Source of the DNA: an uncultured Rhodospirillaceae bacterium
GTDB taxonomy: Bacteria; Pseudomonadota; Alphaproteobacteria; UBA9219
Direction: 5' to 3'
DNA length: 64,000 nt
NCBI GenBank assembly: GCA_964449155.1
Contig: CAYVBP010000002.1
Location: forward strand, 334 to 64,333
Positions 50,481 to 59,164 of the stretch are shown here, in pieces (the stretch's first letter is position 1; each line of letters begins with the position of its first letter). The position numbers were made by a program, and so were the translations under genes. The notes beneath the pieces are model-generated. The model had not been told where the DNA came from and ran no database searches. It saw nothing but the letters and a program-made list of their open reading frames with translations.

Positions 50481-51732
50481 GCGTATTCTTGCAGGGCAAA
50501 ATCATAAACTGACGAGAAACCAAGGAAGATGTGATTCTCAGGAAGTATCTGAAAAAGAAAGGGACTTTCATGGAAGAAGAAGGATTGGGGGCGGCGACGC
50601 AGGCGAGTTTTGAGGCGTGGGTGAAAGAAACGCCGGATCCTCGGGTGGAAAAGATGGTGACACACCCGCTGCCGGAGTTGTTGTTTGTGCTGTTTGTCGG
50701 GCAGATGTGCGGAATGGAAGATGTGGATGAGATCGTCTTGTTTGCGCGAAGGCATCAGGATTGGTTTTGCAAAATCATGGATTTCAAGGCGGGGATCGCG
50801 TCGGCGCAAACATTCAAGCGCGTTTTGAGCTTAATCGACGGCAAAACATTTGAACGGCTTTTCACAGCATGGGCATCACAGTGGTGTGCGCCCGGCGTCA
50901 TTGCAATTGATGGAAAATGCTTGAGAGGCGCATCTGAAAAAGGCGATCAACACAAAGCTCTCTATACCGTGAACGCGTTTGCAAGTCGCACGGGTTTGGT
51001 TTTGGGGCAAAGCAGAGTTTATGATAAAAGCAATGAAATCATAGCAATTCCTGCGCTTTTGGATCAACTGAGCCTCAAGGGAAACATCGTAACGATTGAT
51101 GCGATGGGCACGCAAAGCAAGATTGCTGAAGCTATCCGAGCCAAAGAGGCCGATTACATTTTGGCTCTCAAAGGCAATCAAAGCAGCCCACACGACGACG
51201 TAAAGCGTTTTTTTGAAGACAGGGAACTCTCGAAAACATGTGCGAGGCACGTGACAACTAATTTTGGACACGGACGCATCGAAGAGCGCATTATTCGTGT
51301 GACGGATGACATCGAATGGCTGAAAATCCTGCATCCTCAATGGAAAGATTTACGAAAAATCGTTTCGATCACGTCGACCCGCACGGACAAGAAAAGCGTT
51401 AAATCTTTAACCGAAACTCGCTATTACATCTCGTCTCTGCCGTCCGGTCCGGAACACCTTCTGAAAGCCATTCGTTCGCATTGGAGCATAGAAAACACGC
51501 TTCATTGGTCGCTGGATGTTGTCTTCGGCGAAGACGCCTCGCGGCTTCGTAAGGACAACGCAGCTGTCAACATGTCTGTCATACGGAAAACTGCATTTAA
51601 TGCCCTAAAACGCGAGCCTTCTGACACGCCCATAAAACTCAAACGCTTCCAAGCTGCCCACGACCCTGCTTTCCGTTCCTCGTTAATCTTTCTTCATAAT
51701 TTATGATTCCGCCCTGCGTATTCTTGACAGGC
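50481..51732 (+). mobile_element. ISAs1-family insertion sequence (approximate boundaries)
   Basis: A single transposase ORF bracketed by the imperfect 18-bp direct repeats gcgtattcttgcagggca (50481-50498) and gcgtattcttgacaggca (51715-51732). The true ends were not resolved. Confidence 0.5.
50531..51706 (+). CDS. ISAs1-family DDE transposase
   Basis: Characteristic ISAs1 / H-repeat-associated protein regions (GIASAQTFKRVLSLID...IAIDGKCLRG...HWSIENTLHWSLDVVFGEDASRLRKDNAAVNMSVIRKTAFNALK). Confidence 0.75.
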   Translation: MILRKYLKKKGTFMEEEGLGAATQASFEAWVKETPDPRVEKMVTHPLPELLFVLFVGQMCGMEDVDEIVLFARRHQDWFCKIMDFKAGIASAQTFKRVLSLIDGKTFERLFTAWASQWCAPGVIAIDGKCLRGASEKGDQHKALYTVNAFASRTGLVLGQSRVYDKSNEIIAIPALLDQLSLKGNIVTIDAMGTQSKIAEAIRAKEADYILALKGNQSSPHDDVKRFFEDRELSKTCARHVTTNFGHGRIEERIIRVTDDIEWLKILHPQWKDLRKIVSITSTRTDKKSVKSLTETRYYISSLPSGPEHLLKAIRSHWSIENTLHWSLDVVFGEDASRLRKDNAAVNMSVIRKTAFNALKREPSDTPIKLKRFQAAHDPAFRSSLIFLHNL

Positions 51733-51796
51733 ATCTTGCATCCGGCCCCCGAGTATGGCAAAACCCCGCCCTCGGCATATCGAGGCACCAACAACT

Positions 51797-51871
51797 GCTG
51801 CCGTAGCTCAGGGGTAGAGCACGTCCTTGGTAAGGACGGGGTCGTAGGTTCAATTCCTATCGGCAGCACCA
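51797..51871 (+). tRNA. tRNA-Thr (anticodon GGU)
   Basis: Cloverleaf: acceptor GCTGCCG/CGGCAGC, D-arm AGCTCAGGGGTAGAGC, anticodon stem CGTCC/GGACG with loop TTGGTAA (GGT), T-arm GGTTCAATTCC, 3' CCA encoded. Confidence 0.85.
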
Positions 51872-52137
51872 TTTCTTCTTTTATATTTCAAAGACTTACG
51901 CGCCACATTTTGGTGTCAAAATCGTTAATTTCAGCTCGATTTTATCTCGTGGAAGCACTGTGGAAGCAAAAAGCTGAAAACCGGAGCGTAATCAAGCGGG
52001 TATCTGGGGGCGAAGGATTGCGATTCCTCGCCGTCGAAAGCAGAAAAAAGATTTATGCCTGATCCAAGAGTTTTGATGACGGCACCTAGGGCACTGGGCG
52101 TCGCTCTGTTATGGACCAGGCACAAACAAGCATCCTT

Positions 52138-53922
52138 TTACCGCTTAGACACTCGGCGCTTATCCAGACGCTTGGGGCGTCCGGCAGCGTTGGTGGTTTG
52201 AAACTGTGCGATTAAAGCGTCCAGTTTGATTTGCCCCAAATCTCCCTCGTCGCGATCACGCAATGAGACAAGATTGCCTTCGGCCTCTTTGCGACCAATC
52301 ACAAGGATCTTTGGAATCTTCCTCATCTGCGCGTCGCGGATCTTGGCCTGCATGCGGTCGTTGCGGGCGTCGATCTCAACGCGGATTCCGGCAATGATCA
52401 AGGCTTCCTCGACATCACGGGCATAGTCCATCACGTCGTCCGTGATGGGAACGATAACCGCCTGAACCGGCGCGAGCCAGAACGGGAAGGCGCCCGCATA
52501 ATGTTCGATTAGGATTCCCATAAAGCGCTCGACGCTTCCGAAAAGCGCGCGATGCACCATCAAGGGGCGCTTGGCCGCACCATCGTCCGCGATGTATTCG
52601 AGTTCGAAGCGTTCCGAGAGGTTGAAGTCGAACTGGATGGTGCTGAGCTGCCATTGGCGGCCAAGCGCATCGTTGAGCTTCAGGTCGATTTTCGGGCCAT
52701 AGAACGCGCCACCACCGAGGTCGTATTTGAACGAAAGACCGGCTTTCTCGACCGCTTTTTCAAGCGCCTTGGTCGCCAGCGCCCAATCATCGTCACCACC
52801 GATGCACTTGCCTTCGGGCTTGGTCGAAATATAGGCCGTGAAATCTTCAAGCCCGAAACTGCGCAGAATATAAAGCGAGAATTCGAGTGCGCGCGAAATT
52901 TCGGCGTCAACCTGATCGGGGCGGCAGAAAATGTGCGCGTCGTCCTGCGTAAAGCCGCGCACGCGGGTCAGGCCATGCAATGCGCCGCTAAACTCGTAGC
53001 GATACACGGTTCCGAATTCGGCCAAGCGCAACGGCAATTCGCGATAGGAGCGCGGGCGGTTCTTATAAATGTGCATGTGGAACGGGCAATTCATCGGCTT
53101 GACGAAATATTCGTCTTCGTCGATTTTCATCGGGCGATACATGCTGTCGCGATAAAAACTGAGATGCCCCGAGGTCTCCCACAAATTGGCGCGTCCGATG
53201 TGCGGGGTATAGACAAGCTGATAGCCGTTCAGCAAATGCGATTCTTTGCTGAAGCTTTCAGCAATGTGCCGCACCATCGCGCCGTTCGGTTGCCAGAGGA
53301 TAAGCCCTGCGCCCACCTGATCGTTAGTTGAAAAAAGCTCCAGCTGTTTGCCGAGCATGCGGTGATCGCGCTTTTTGGCTTCTTCGACGCGAAACAGATA
53401 AGCATCCAATTCAGCTTTGCTGGGCCACGCAGTTCCGTAAATGCGTTGAAGCATGGCTTTCGCGCTATCGCCGCGCCAATAGGCACCTGCGATGCTGAGA
53501 AGCTTCACGCCATCTGCCGGTATCTCATCCGTGTTGGCCACATGGGGGCCTTTGCAAAGATCGGTGAATCCACCTTGGGTGTAGGTAGAAAGTTTCAGTG
53601 TCTCGCCTTGCTTTTCGGCAAGATCGGCGATCATTTCAAGCTTATAGGGTTGATTGGCGAAAAGCTTGCGGGCTTCGGCAAGGGAAACTTCGTTGACCAC
53701 GAAGGCGCTTTTCTTGGCGAGAAGCTCTTTCATTTTGGCTTCGATCGCTGCCAAATCCTCAGGCACCAAGGGGCTGGAAAGATCGAAATCATAGTAAAAC
53801 CCGTCTTCGATGGCTGGGCCGATGGCGATTTTTGCATCGGGGAAAAGGCTTAAAACAGCTTCAGCCATGACGTGCGAGGCCGAATGGCGAAGACGGTCGA
53901 GATCGGCGTTTTGTTCGGACAT
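52138..53922 (-). CDS. thrS: Threonine--tRNA ligase (short form lacking the N-terminal TGS domain)
   Basis: Editing-domain HxxxH (RHSASHVMAEA), class II motifs (FRYEFSG, GGGAFYGPKID) and an anticodon-binding C-terminus. The ATG at 53922 has a GGAGAT RBS; the upstream in-frame extension to 54201 shows no TGS-like sequence. Confidence 0.85.
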   Translation of the reverse strand: MSEQNADLDRLRHSASHVMAEAVLSLFPDAKIAIGPAIEDGFYYDFDLSSPLVPEDLAAIEAKMKELLAKKSAFVVNEVSLAEARKLFANQPYKLEMIADLAEKQGETLKLSTYTQGGFTDLCKGPHVANTDEIPADGVKLLSIAGAYWRGDSAKAMLQRIYGTAWPSKAELDAYLFRVEEAKKRDHRMLGKQLELFSTNDQVGAGLILWQPNGAMVRHIAESFSKESHLLNGYQLVYTPHIGRANLWETSGHLSFYRDSMYRPMKIDEDEYFVKPMNCPFHMHIYKNRPRSYRELPLRLAEFGTVYRYEFSGALHGLTRVRGFTQDDAHIFCRPDQVDAEISRALEFSLYILRSFGLEDFTAYISTKPEGKCIGGDDDWALATKALEKAVEKAGLSFKYDLGGGAFYGPKIDLKLNDALGRQWQLSTIQFDFNLSERFELEYIADDGAAKRPLMVHRALFGSVERFMGILIEHYAGAFPFWLAPVQAVIVPITDDVMDYARDVEEALIIAGIRVEIDARNDRMQAKIRDAQMRKIPKILVIGRKEAEGNLVSLRDRDEGDLGQIKLDALIAQFQTTNAAGRPKRLDKRRVSKR

Positions 53923-54287
53923 TTTTATCTCCTTAACAGCGCCGGATCGGCCTTGCGTTCCGGCAAAATAATAAAGGATCGTCACCAACCGTCCGATAAG
54001 GACGGTGGAAGATCGGTCAGCAATGTGTTGGGAAAGCCCGTGTGCGGGCGCAGAAATATGTGACGGCCCTAGGCCGTCGTCGTGCACGTGTGCGTCGTTC
54101 GAATAATGAAGGCGGTAAAGTTTTTCATCGTTTGATGAGAATGACACAAAAGAAATTTGCTTGCAATCCCCTCTTTCTTTCCGCGCTTTTACGGGCCTCA
54201 CAACAGAACCTTGACAAAGAACACGCCCAAGACGATTATGAACGCCTGTTCATAAGTGGGATTGATGGCGTTGAAAGGATCTTGGAC

Positions 54288-54965
54288 ATGAGGAAGTCGT
54301 CTTTCAGGCGCGTTCTTGTCTGGACGTGTTTGGCATTTATTTTTTCGGTTGGTGGCGGACAGGCGTCGGAACCACTGGCATCAAACGTTACGAAGCCCTT
54401 GATGAGCGATGTGACTTCTTTCGTCTATTTTACCGGTATTGGCTGTCCCCATTGCGCGAATGTCGATCCTGTTTTGCTGAAACAGAAAATTCGGCAAGGC
54501 AATCTGCTGGTCATCGAATACGAGATTTACCGCGACAACGCGAACGCTCCGCTTTTGATGGCCTATGACAAGCAATTTGATACAGGCCTTGGCGTGCCGA
54601 TGGTTGTAACCGAAGGCAAGAAAGGTGGCGCGGTCGTTGGCGACACACCTATTCTGGAATCGCTGGATTCGCTGATCGCTAAGCACAAAGGCAACGGTGT
54701 CGTTTTGCCCACCGGCGCACAGCTCTTTGTGGCCCTGACCTTAACAGATTTACCGCGTCTGCCTAAAATCTGGTTCAAGAACCGCGCGGCTGTCCGCAAA
54801 GATATGGCGTCAAAGGAAAACGATGCGATCAAGGCATTTGTGGTTGATGGAACGGAGCCGCAAGGTTGCGCGCCTTCTGCCGAAAAAGAGGTCGCCCTAT
54901 CGGACGACAAGGTTGTTTTTGCCAAGGCTTGTGCCTTCAACGGTTGGCTTTTGCTGCGTGATTAA
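54288..54965 (+). CDS. Secreted thioredoxin-fold protein (thiol:disulfide oxidoreductase-like)
   Basis: Signal peptide (VLVWTCLAFIFSVGGG) and the active-site-like motif YFTGIGCPHCANVDP (CxxC). The start is taken at the internal ATG at 54288. Confidence 0.55.
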   Translation: MRKSSFRRVLVWTCLAFIFSVGGGQASEPLASNVTKPLMSDVTSFVYFTGIGCPHCANVDPVLLKQKIRQGNLLVIEYEIYRDNANAPLLMAYDKQFDTGLGVPMVVTEGKKGGAVVGDTPILESLDSLIAKHKGNGVVLPTGAQLFVALTLTDLPRLPKIWFKNRAAVRKDMASKENDAIKAFVVDGTEPQGCAPSAEKEVALSDDKVVFAKACAFNGWLLLRD

Positions 54966-54976
54966 GGGAGGTTGTA

Positions 54977-55675
54977 GTGGAAGAAGTCTCTTTAGGAAAA
55001 GTTATATCTCTGGCACTTGTTGATGCTGTGAACCCCTGCGAGTTTGCGGTGCTCACGATGCTGCTGGTTTCAATCATCGCCTATAATCCGCACAAGAAAG
55101 CGAACATCATCTGGGCTGGGCTTTCGTTTAGCTTGGCCGTGTTCATCATGTATCTGATCTACGGCTTGTTTATTATTAAGTCCTTCCAACTCGTGCAGGG
55201 GATCACATGGATACGCCCGTTCCTGTATAAGGGGCTTGGCGGCGTTGCGGTCATCTTGGGCGCGCTTCAGATCAAGGATTTCTTCGCCTACAAAGTCGGC
55301 AGTTTTGGCACAGAAATGCCCGTCAGTTGGCGGCCCAAGGTCAAGGCGCTGATCGCAAAAGTTACGTCGCCTGCGGGAGCTTTTGTCGTCGGCCTTTTGG
55401 TCACGCTGTTTCTTCTGCCTTGCACCATCGGCCCCTACATCATCATGGGCGGGTTGTTGTCGGTCATGGACATCATCAAAACTTTGCCGACATTGCTTCT
55501 CTATAACGTGATCTTCATCTCGCCGATGTTGCTGATCACGTTGGTGGTTTATATGGGCCTCAGCCGCGTTGAAGATGTGCAGGATTGGAAGGATAAAAAC
55601 ATCCGTTATCTGCATCTGATCGCAGGGCTGCTGATCCTCGGCCTCGGCGTCGCTATGATCGGGGAATGGATCTAA
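54977..55675 (+). CDS. CcdA/DsbD-family transmembrane electron-transfer protein
   Basis: 232 aa with 6 TM helices and Cys in TM1 (AVNPCEFAVL) and TM4 (LLPCTIGP), typical of cytochrome c biogenesis (DsbD_2) proteins. It is adjacent to the thioredoxin-like gene. Confidence 0.6.
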   Translation: MEEVSLGKVISLALVDAVNPCEFAVLTMLLVSIIAYNPHKKANIIWAGLSFSLAVFIMYLIYGLFIIKSFQLVQGITWIRPFLYKGLGGVAVILGALQIKDFFAYKVGSFGTEMPVSWRPKVKALIAKVTSPAGAFVVGLLVTLFLLPCTIGPYIIMGGLLSVMDIIKTLPTLLLYNVIFISPMLLITLVVYMGLSRVEDVQDWKDKNIRYLHLIAGLLILGLGVAMIGEWI

Positions 55676-55678
55676 ATC

Positions 55679-56002
55679 ATGCGCCCGCGCAAATGCCGTC
55701 TTGTTCGCTCAAGCCCGATGGCGCGTTTCTTCAAGCCGCGCGGGATCCCTCTGTGCGATCTGGAAGTCGTCAAGCTGAAGGACGAGGAATACGAAGCCCT
55801 GCATCTGTCCGACTATAAAAACATGGAGCAGATCGACGCGGCAAAGTTGATGGGCATCTCGCGCCCGACTTTCTCGCGCATTCTCTCCAGCGCACGCAAG
55901 GCCATCGCCAAGGCCATTATCGAGGGCGGTGCATTGGAAATCGAAGGCGGCGACTTTGAGCGCATTGAACCGCCCACAACATGCAAAGGAAAAAAGAAAT
56001 GA
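55679..56002 (+). CDS. DUF134 (UPF0251) predicted DNA-binding protein
   Basis: MRPRKCRLV...FKPRGIPL...EEYEALHLSDY...AKLMGISRPTFSRILSSARKAIAKAIIEG matches the DUF134 sigma-70-region-4-like HTH family. Confidence 0.6.
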   Translation: MRPRKCRLVRSSPMARFFKPRGIPLCDLEVVKLKDEEYEALHLSDYKNMEQIDAAKLMGISRPTFSRILSSARKAIAKAIIEGGALEIEGGDFERIEPPTTCKGKKK

Positions 56003-56337
56003 AGATTGCTTTCTCAACAACCGGCACGGATTTATCCGCACCGATGGATCCGCGCTTCGGACGCGCCGCGTTCTTCTTGGTCTATGACACAGAAACAAAA
56101 GCGGTCGAAGCGATCAAAAACGCTTATGCTGACGCAGGCCAAGGCGCGGGCATCAAGGCAGCGGAAACCATCGTCAAAGCCGGAGCCAAAGTTCTGGTGA
56201 CTGGCGATTGCGGCCCGAAGGCATTCAATGCGTTGAAGCAAGCGCACGTCAAAATCTATTCGGCCAAAAATGTTTCTGTGGCCGACGCCTTGGCGGCATT
56301 TGAAGCTGAAAAACTGACGGAAATCACGGCGGCATGA
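55999..56337 (+). CDS. Dinitrogenase FeMo-cofactor-binding domain protein (NifX/NafY/NifB-C-terminal-like)
   Basis: MKIAFSTTGTDLSAPMDPRFGRAAFFLVYDTETK...AKVLVTGDCGPKAFNALKQAHVKIY is the typical Nitro_FeMo-Co fold signature; 112 aa. Confidence 0.6.
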   Translation: MKIAFSTTGTDLSAPMDPRFGRAAFFLVYDTETKAVEAIKNAYADAGQGAGIKAAETIVKAGAKVLVTGDCGPKAFNALKQAHVKIYSAKNVSVADALAAFEAEKLTEITAA

Positions 56338-57164
56338 AGATCGCCATCGCATCCGGTAAAGGCGGGACGGGGAAAACGACGCTGGCCATCAATCTGGCTT
56401 TGGCAGCGAAAAGCCCCGTCCATCTGTTGGATTGCGATGTGGAAGCGCCGAACGCGCATTTGTTTTTGCGGGGCGATCTTGTCCGCCAGCGCATTGTGAC
56501 AATCCCTGTGCCTGAGGTCGATGAGGCCAAATGCGATGGCTGCGGCAGGTGCAGCGATTTTTGCGCCTTTAACGCCATCGTCTCTTTCGGAACTGTTCCG
56601 GTGATCTCGCATGAGATGTGCCACGGCTGCGGTGGCTGCATGCGTATCTGCCCGCAAAAGGCCATACATGAAATCGACAAACGGATCGGCGTCGTCGAAA
56701 CCTTTTTGTGCGGCGCGATCACGCTTGTACAAGGCAAACTCGATATTGGCGTTGCGCTAGCTCCACCGCTTATCCGCGCCGTCAAAGAAGAAGCGCAAGG
56801 CGATCTTGTCATCATTGACGCACCGCCCGGAACCTCTTGTCCCGTTATCGCCACGTTGCGCGAGGCTGATTTTGTCGTGTTGGTGACCGAGCCGACGCCC
56901 TTTGGATTGAACGATCTTCGCCTTGCCGTGGACGTGGTGCGCGAACTTGGTTTGCCTTTCGGTGTCGTCATCAATCGCGCCGAAGAGAAAGACGTGCTTG
57001 TTCGCCCCTATCTTGAAGCCGAGAAGATCGCGCTTCTGGCCACAATCCCCGATGACCGCCGTATTGCCGAGACTTACGCCAAAGGACAGACAATCATCGA
57101 CGCCTTGCCAGAATACGAGGAGCTTTTTTTGAGGTTTCTGCAAAGAATCCGCGAGGCCGCATGA
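56334..57164 (+). CDS. MinD/ParA-family P-loop ATPase with inserted 2x[4Fe-4S] ferredoxin domain
   Basis: Deviant Walker A IASGKGGTGKTT, two CxxCxxCxxxC clusters (CDGCGRCSDFC, CHGCGGCMRIC) and a Walker B LVIIDAPPG. Its start overlaps the upstream stop. Confidence 0.7.
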   Translation: MKIAIASGKGGTGKTTLAINLALAAKSPVHLLDCDVEAPNAHLFLRGDLVRQRIVTIPVPEVDEAKCDGCGRCSDFCAFNAIVSFGTVPVISHEMCHGCGGCMRICPQKAIHEIDKRIGVVETFLCGAITLVQGKLDIGVALAPPLIRAVKEEAQGDLVIIDAPPGTSCPVIATLREADFVVLVTEPTPFGLNDLRLAVDVVRELGLPFGVVINRAEEKDVLVRPYLEAEKIALLATIPDDRRIAETYAKGQTIIDALPEYEELFLRFLQRIREAA

Positions 57165-58042
57165 AAGAGATCGTCATCATCAGCGGCAAAGGCGGAACAG
57201 GCAAGACGAGCCTAACAGCCAGCTTCGCGCTCCTCGCGCAAAACGCTGTTCTTGCAGATTGCGACGTGGACGCGGCGGATTTGTATCTAATCCTCACACC
57301 GGACGTTAAAGAACAACACGAATTCTGGAGCGGCGTCGAAGCGATCATTGATCCCGCGCTTTGCACCAACTGCGGCGCGTGTCTGAATCTGTGCCGATTT
57401 GATGCGATCAAGGAAACGAACGGCGCGTTCGCTATCGACCCGACTGCTTGCGAAGGCTGTGGCGTTTGCGCCCGTTTTTGCCCACGAGGTGCCGTTCGGC
57501 TTGAAAAACGCCTGTGCGGTGCATGGATGGTATCGGCTACGCGCGCGGGACCGATGGTTCATGCAAGACTTGGCATCGCTGCGGAAAATTCCGGCAGGCT
57601 GGTTTCGACGGTGCGACAGGAAGCGCGACGCGTGGCTGAAGAAACAAAACGCGACATGATCCTGATCGACGGCCCGCCCGGAATCGGTTGTCCTGTGATA
57701 GCCTCGATCTCCGGCGCGAACGCTGCGCTGATCGTGACCGAGCCAACGCCGAGTGGCGAGCAGGATCTTTTGCGGGCGTTGGAACTGACGCGGCATTTCA
57801 AGGTTCCTGCTTTCATTTGCGTCAACAAATGGGATATTGCGCCCGAAAAAGCCGAGCAGATCGAAAAGCAAGCCTTAGCAAACGGCGCGCTCATCTTGGG
57901 CCGCATTCGCTATGACAAAGGTGTCACGCAAGCGCAAAAACAGGCAAAGGCCGTGATCGAAACCGATACGCCCTCAGCTTCCGACATCAAAGACCTGTGG
58001 AAGCACTTTCAACAACAAATGGAAAAGGAAAAACAACCATGA
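57161..58042 (+). CDS. MinD/ParA-family P-loop ATPase with inserted 2x[4Fe-4S] ferredoxin domain (second copy)
   Basis: IISGKGGTGKTS, CTNCGACLNLC and CEGCGVCARFC, MILIDGPPG. It is a paralog of the preceding gene, with overlapping start and stop. Confidence 0.7.
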   Translation: MKEIVIISGKGGTGKTSLTASFALLAQNAVLADCDVDAADLYLILTPDVKEQHEFWSGVEAIIDPALCTNCGACLNLCRFDAIKETNGAFAIDPTACEGCGVCARFCPRGAVRLEKRLCGAWMVSATRAGPMVHARLGIAAENSGRLVSTVRQEARRVAEETKRDMILIDGPPGIGCPVIASISGANAALIVTEPTPSGEQDLLRALELTRHFKVPAFICVNKWDIAPEKAEQIEKQALANGALILGRIRYDKGVTQAQKQAKAVIETDTPSASDIKDLWKHFQQQMEKEKQP

Positions 58043-58374
58043 TGATCGCCATCCCCCTCGAAGACGGAAAACTCTGCCCACATTTTGGCCATTGCGCGAA
58101 ATTTGCTCTGATCCAGACAGACGATAAAAACGCCATCACCGCGCGACGCGACATCAATGCCCCGCCGCACGAGCCGGGCCTATTGCCAACTTGGCTTCAT
58201 GAGCGCGGCGTCAACCTCATCCTATGCGGCGGCATGGGGCCGCGCGCGCTCGAATTATTCGCACAAAAAGACATCAAAGTCATTACAGGTGCTCCCGTCG
58301 ATGCACCAGAAGTTCTTGTTGCGGCTCATTTTGCCGGAACTTTGCAAACGGCTCCGAATAGCTGTGATCATTAA
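58039..58374 (+). CDS. Dinitrogenase FeMo-cofactor-binding domain protein (NifX-like, second copy)
   Basis: MMIAIPLEDGKLCPHFGHCAKFALIQTDDKN...NLILCGGMGPRALELFAQKDIKVITGAP. Its start overlaps the previous stop (CCATGATGA). Confidence 0.6.
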   Translation: MMIAIPLEDGKLCPHFGHCAKFALIQTDDKNAITARRDINAPPHEPGLLPTWLHERGVNLILCGGMGPRALELFAQKDIKVITGAPVDAPEVLVAAHFAGTLQTAPNSCDH

Positions 58375-58445
58375 TTGCTTGAATGTTCATAAGAAACCTA
58401 GAAGATGAGTAAAGGTTTCTGCGGTAGGATCAGAGAGGTTTTACG

Positions 58446-58910
58446 ATGTCTTTTTTGCGCCTTTTAATTCTGCCTGTTTTCTGCGCATTTTGCTGGGGGT
58501 TGCTGCTGCCTCAATCAGTAAACGCGGAGGATCGCCCCGCTATTGTTTCCCAAGAATCTGTGCCGACGATTAACGCTCAGGATTTACAGCGTCTTCTTAA
58601 AAAGAAGAAAGCCGTTTTTCTTTTGGATGTTCGCCAGCCGGAAGAATATGAAACGGGGCACATTCAAGGCGCAAAGCTTATGCCTCTTGGCTCAATCCCT
58701 GATCATTTTAATGAACTGTCCAAGACAAAAAAGATCGTTGTTTATTGTAAGTCAGGGCGGCGAAGCGCTCAGGCGATGTCCCTTTTGCAGGCGAAGGGAT
58801 TTTCCAACGTTGTCAGTCTTTCTGGAGGCTTTCAGGCGTGGTCTTCGTTTCAGGACACAAAGAAAGAAATGCGCGTCTGCGCGCTTTCAACAGGATGCCA
58901 AAACAGATAG
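58446..58910 (+). CDS. Exported single-domain rhodanese (sulfurtransferase)
   Basis: Signal peptide, rhodanese fold motifs (LLDVRQPEEYETGHIQGA) and the active-site loop YCKSGRRS. Confidence 0.7.
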   Translation: MSFLRLLILPVFCAFCWGLLLPQSVNAEDRPAIVSQESVPTINAQDLQRLLKKKKAVFLLDVRQPEEYETGHIQGAKLMPLGSIPDHFNELSKTKKIVVYCKSGRRSAQAMSLLQAKGFSNVVSLSGGFQAWSSFQDTKKEMRVCALSTGCQNR

Positions 58911-59164
58911 GGCTTTTAGTTCTTCTTTCTTAACCCCGCGCTGAAGCTTCCCCTGCAGCCCAAAAGGACTGAGCCAAGACAAATGAGGGCGCAGAGAAGG
59001 ACGACGACCGGCCCTGACGGCGTGTTGGTGTGGAAAGAAAGCAGCAGGCCATCCGCTGGGTTCGCGTCTGCAAACGGTGGTATCGGAACCGCGATGGCCC
59101 ACCCGCTGAAGAAGGGCTTTGGACGCAAGTGAAAGGCGTCTGCGGTATGATAATTGCGTTGATA

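Noticed and set aside
51995..52035. Imperfect hairpin ggcgaagga...ttcctcgcc downstream of thrS
   Set aside because: It has no flanking T-run on either strand and one mismatch in the stem, so it was not called as a terminator.
52552..53331. 259-aa ORF antisense to thrS
   Set aside because: Same reasoning as above: the class II aaRS motifs are on the opposite strand.
56324..56974. 216-aa ORF antisense to the first MinD-ferredoxin gene
   Set aside because: The sense strand has a P-loop and two canonical 4Fe-4S motifs. The antisense translation is Ser/Thr/Pro-rich with no motifs.
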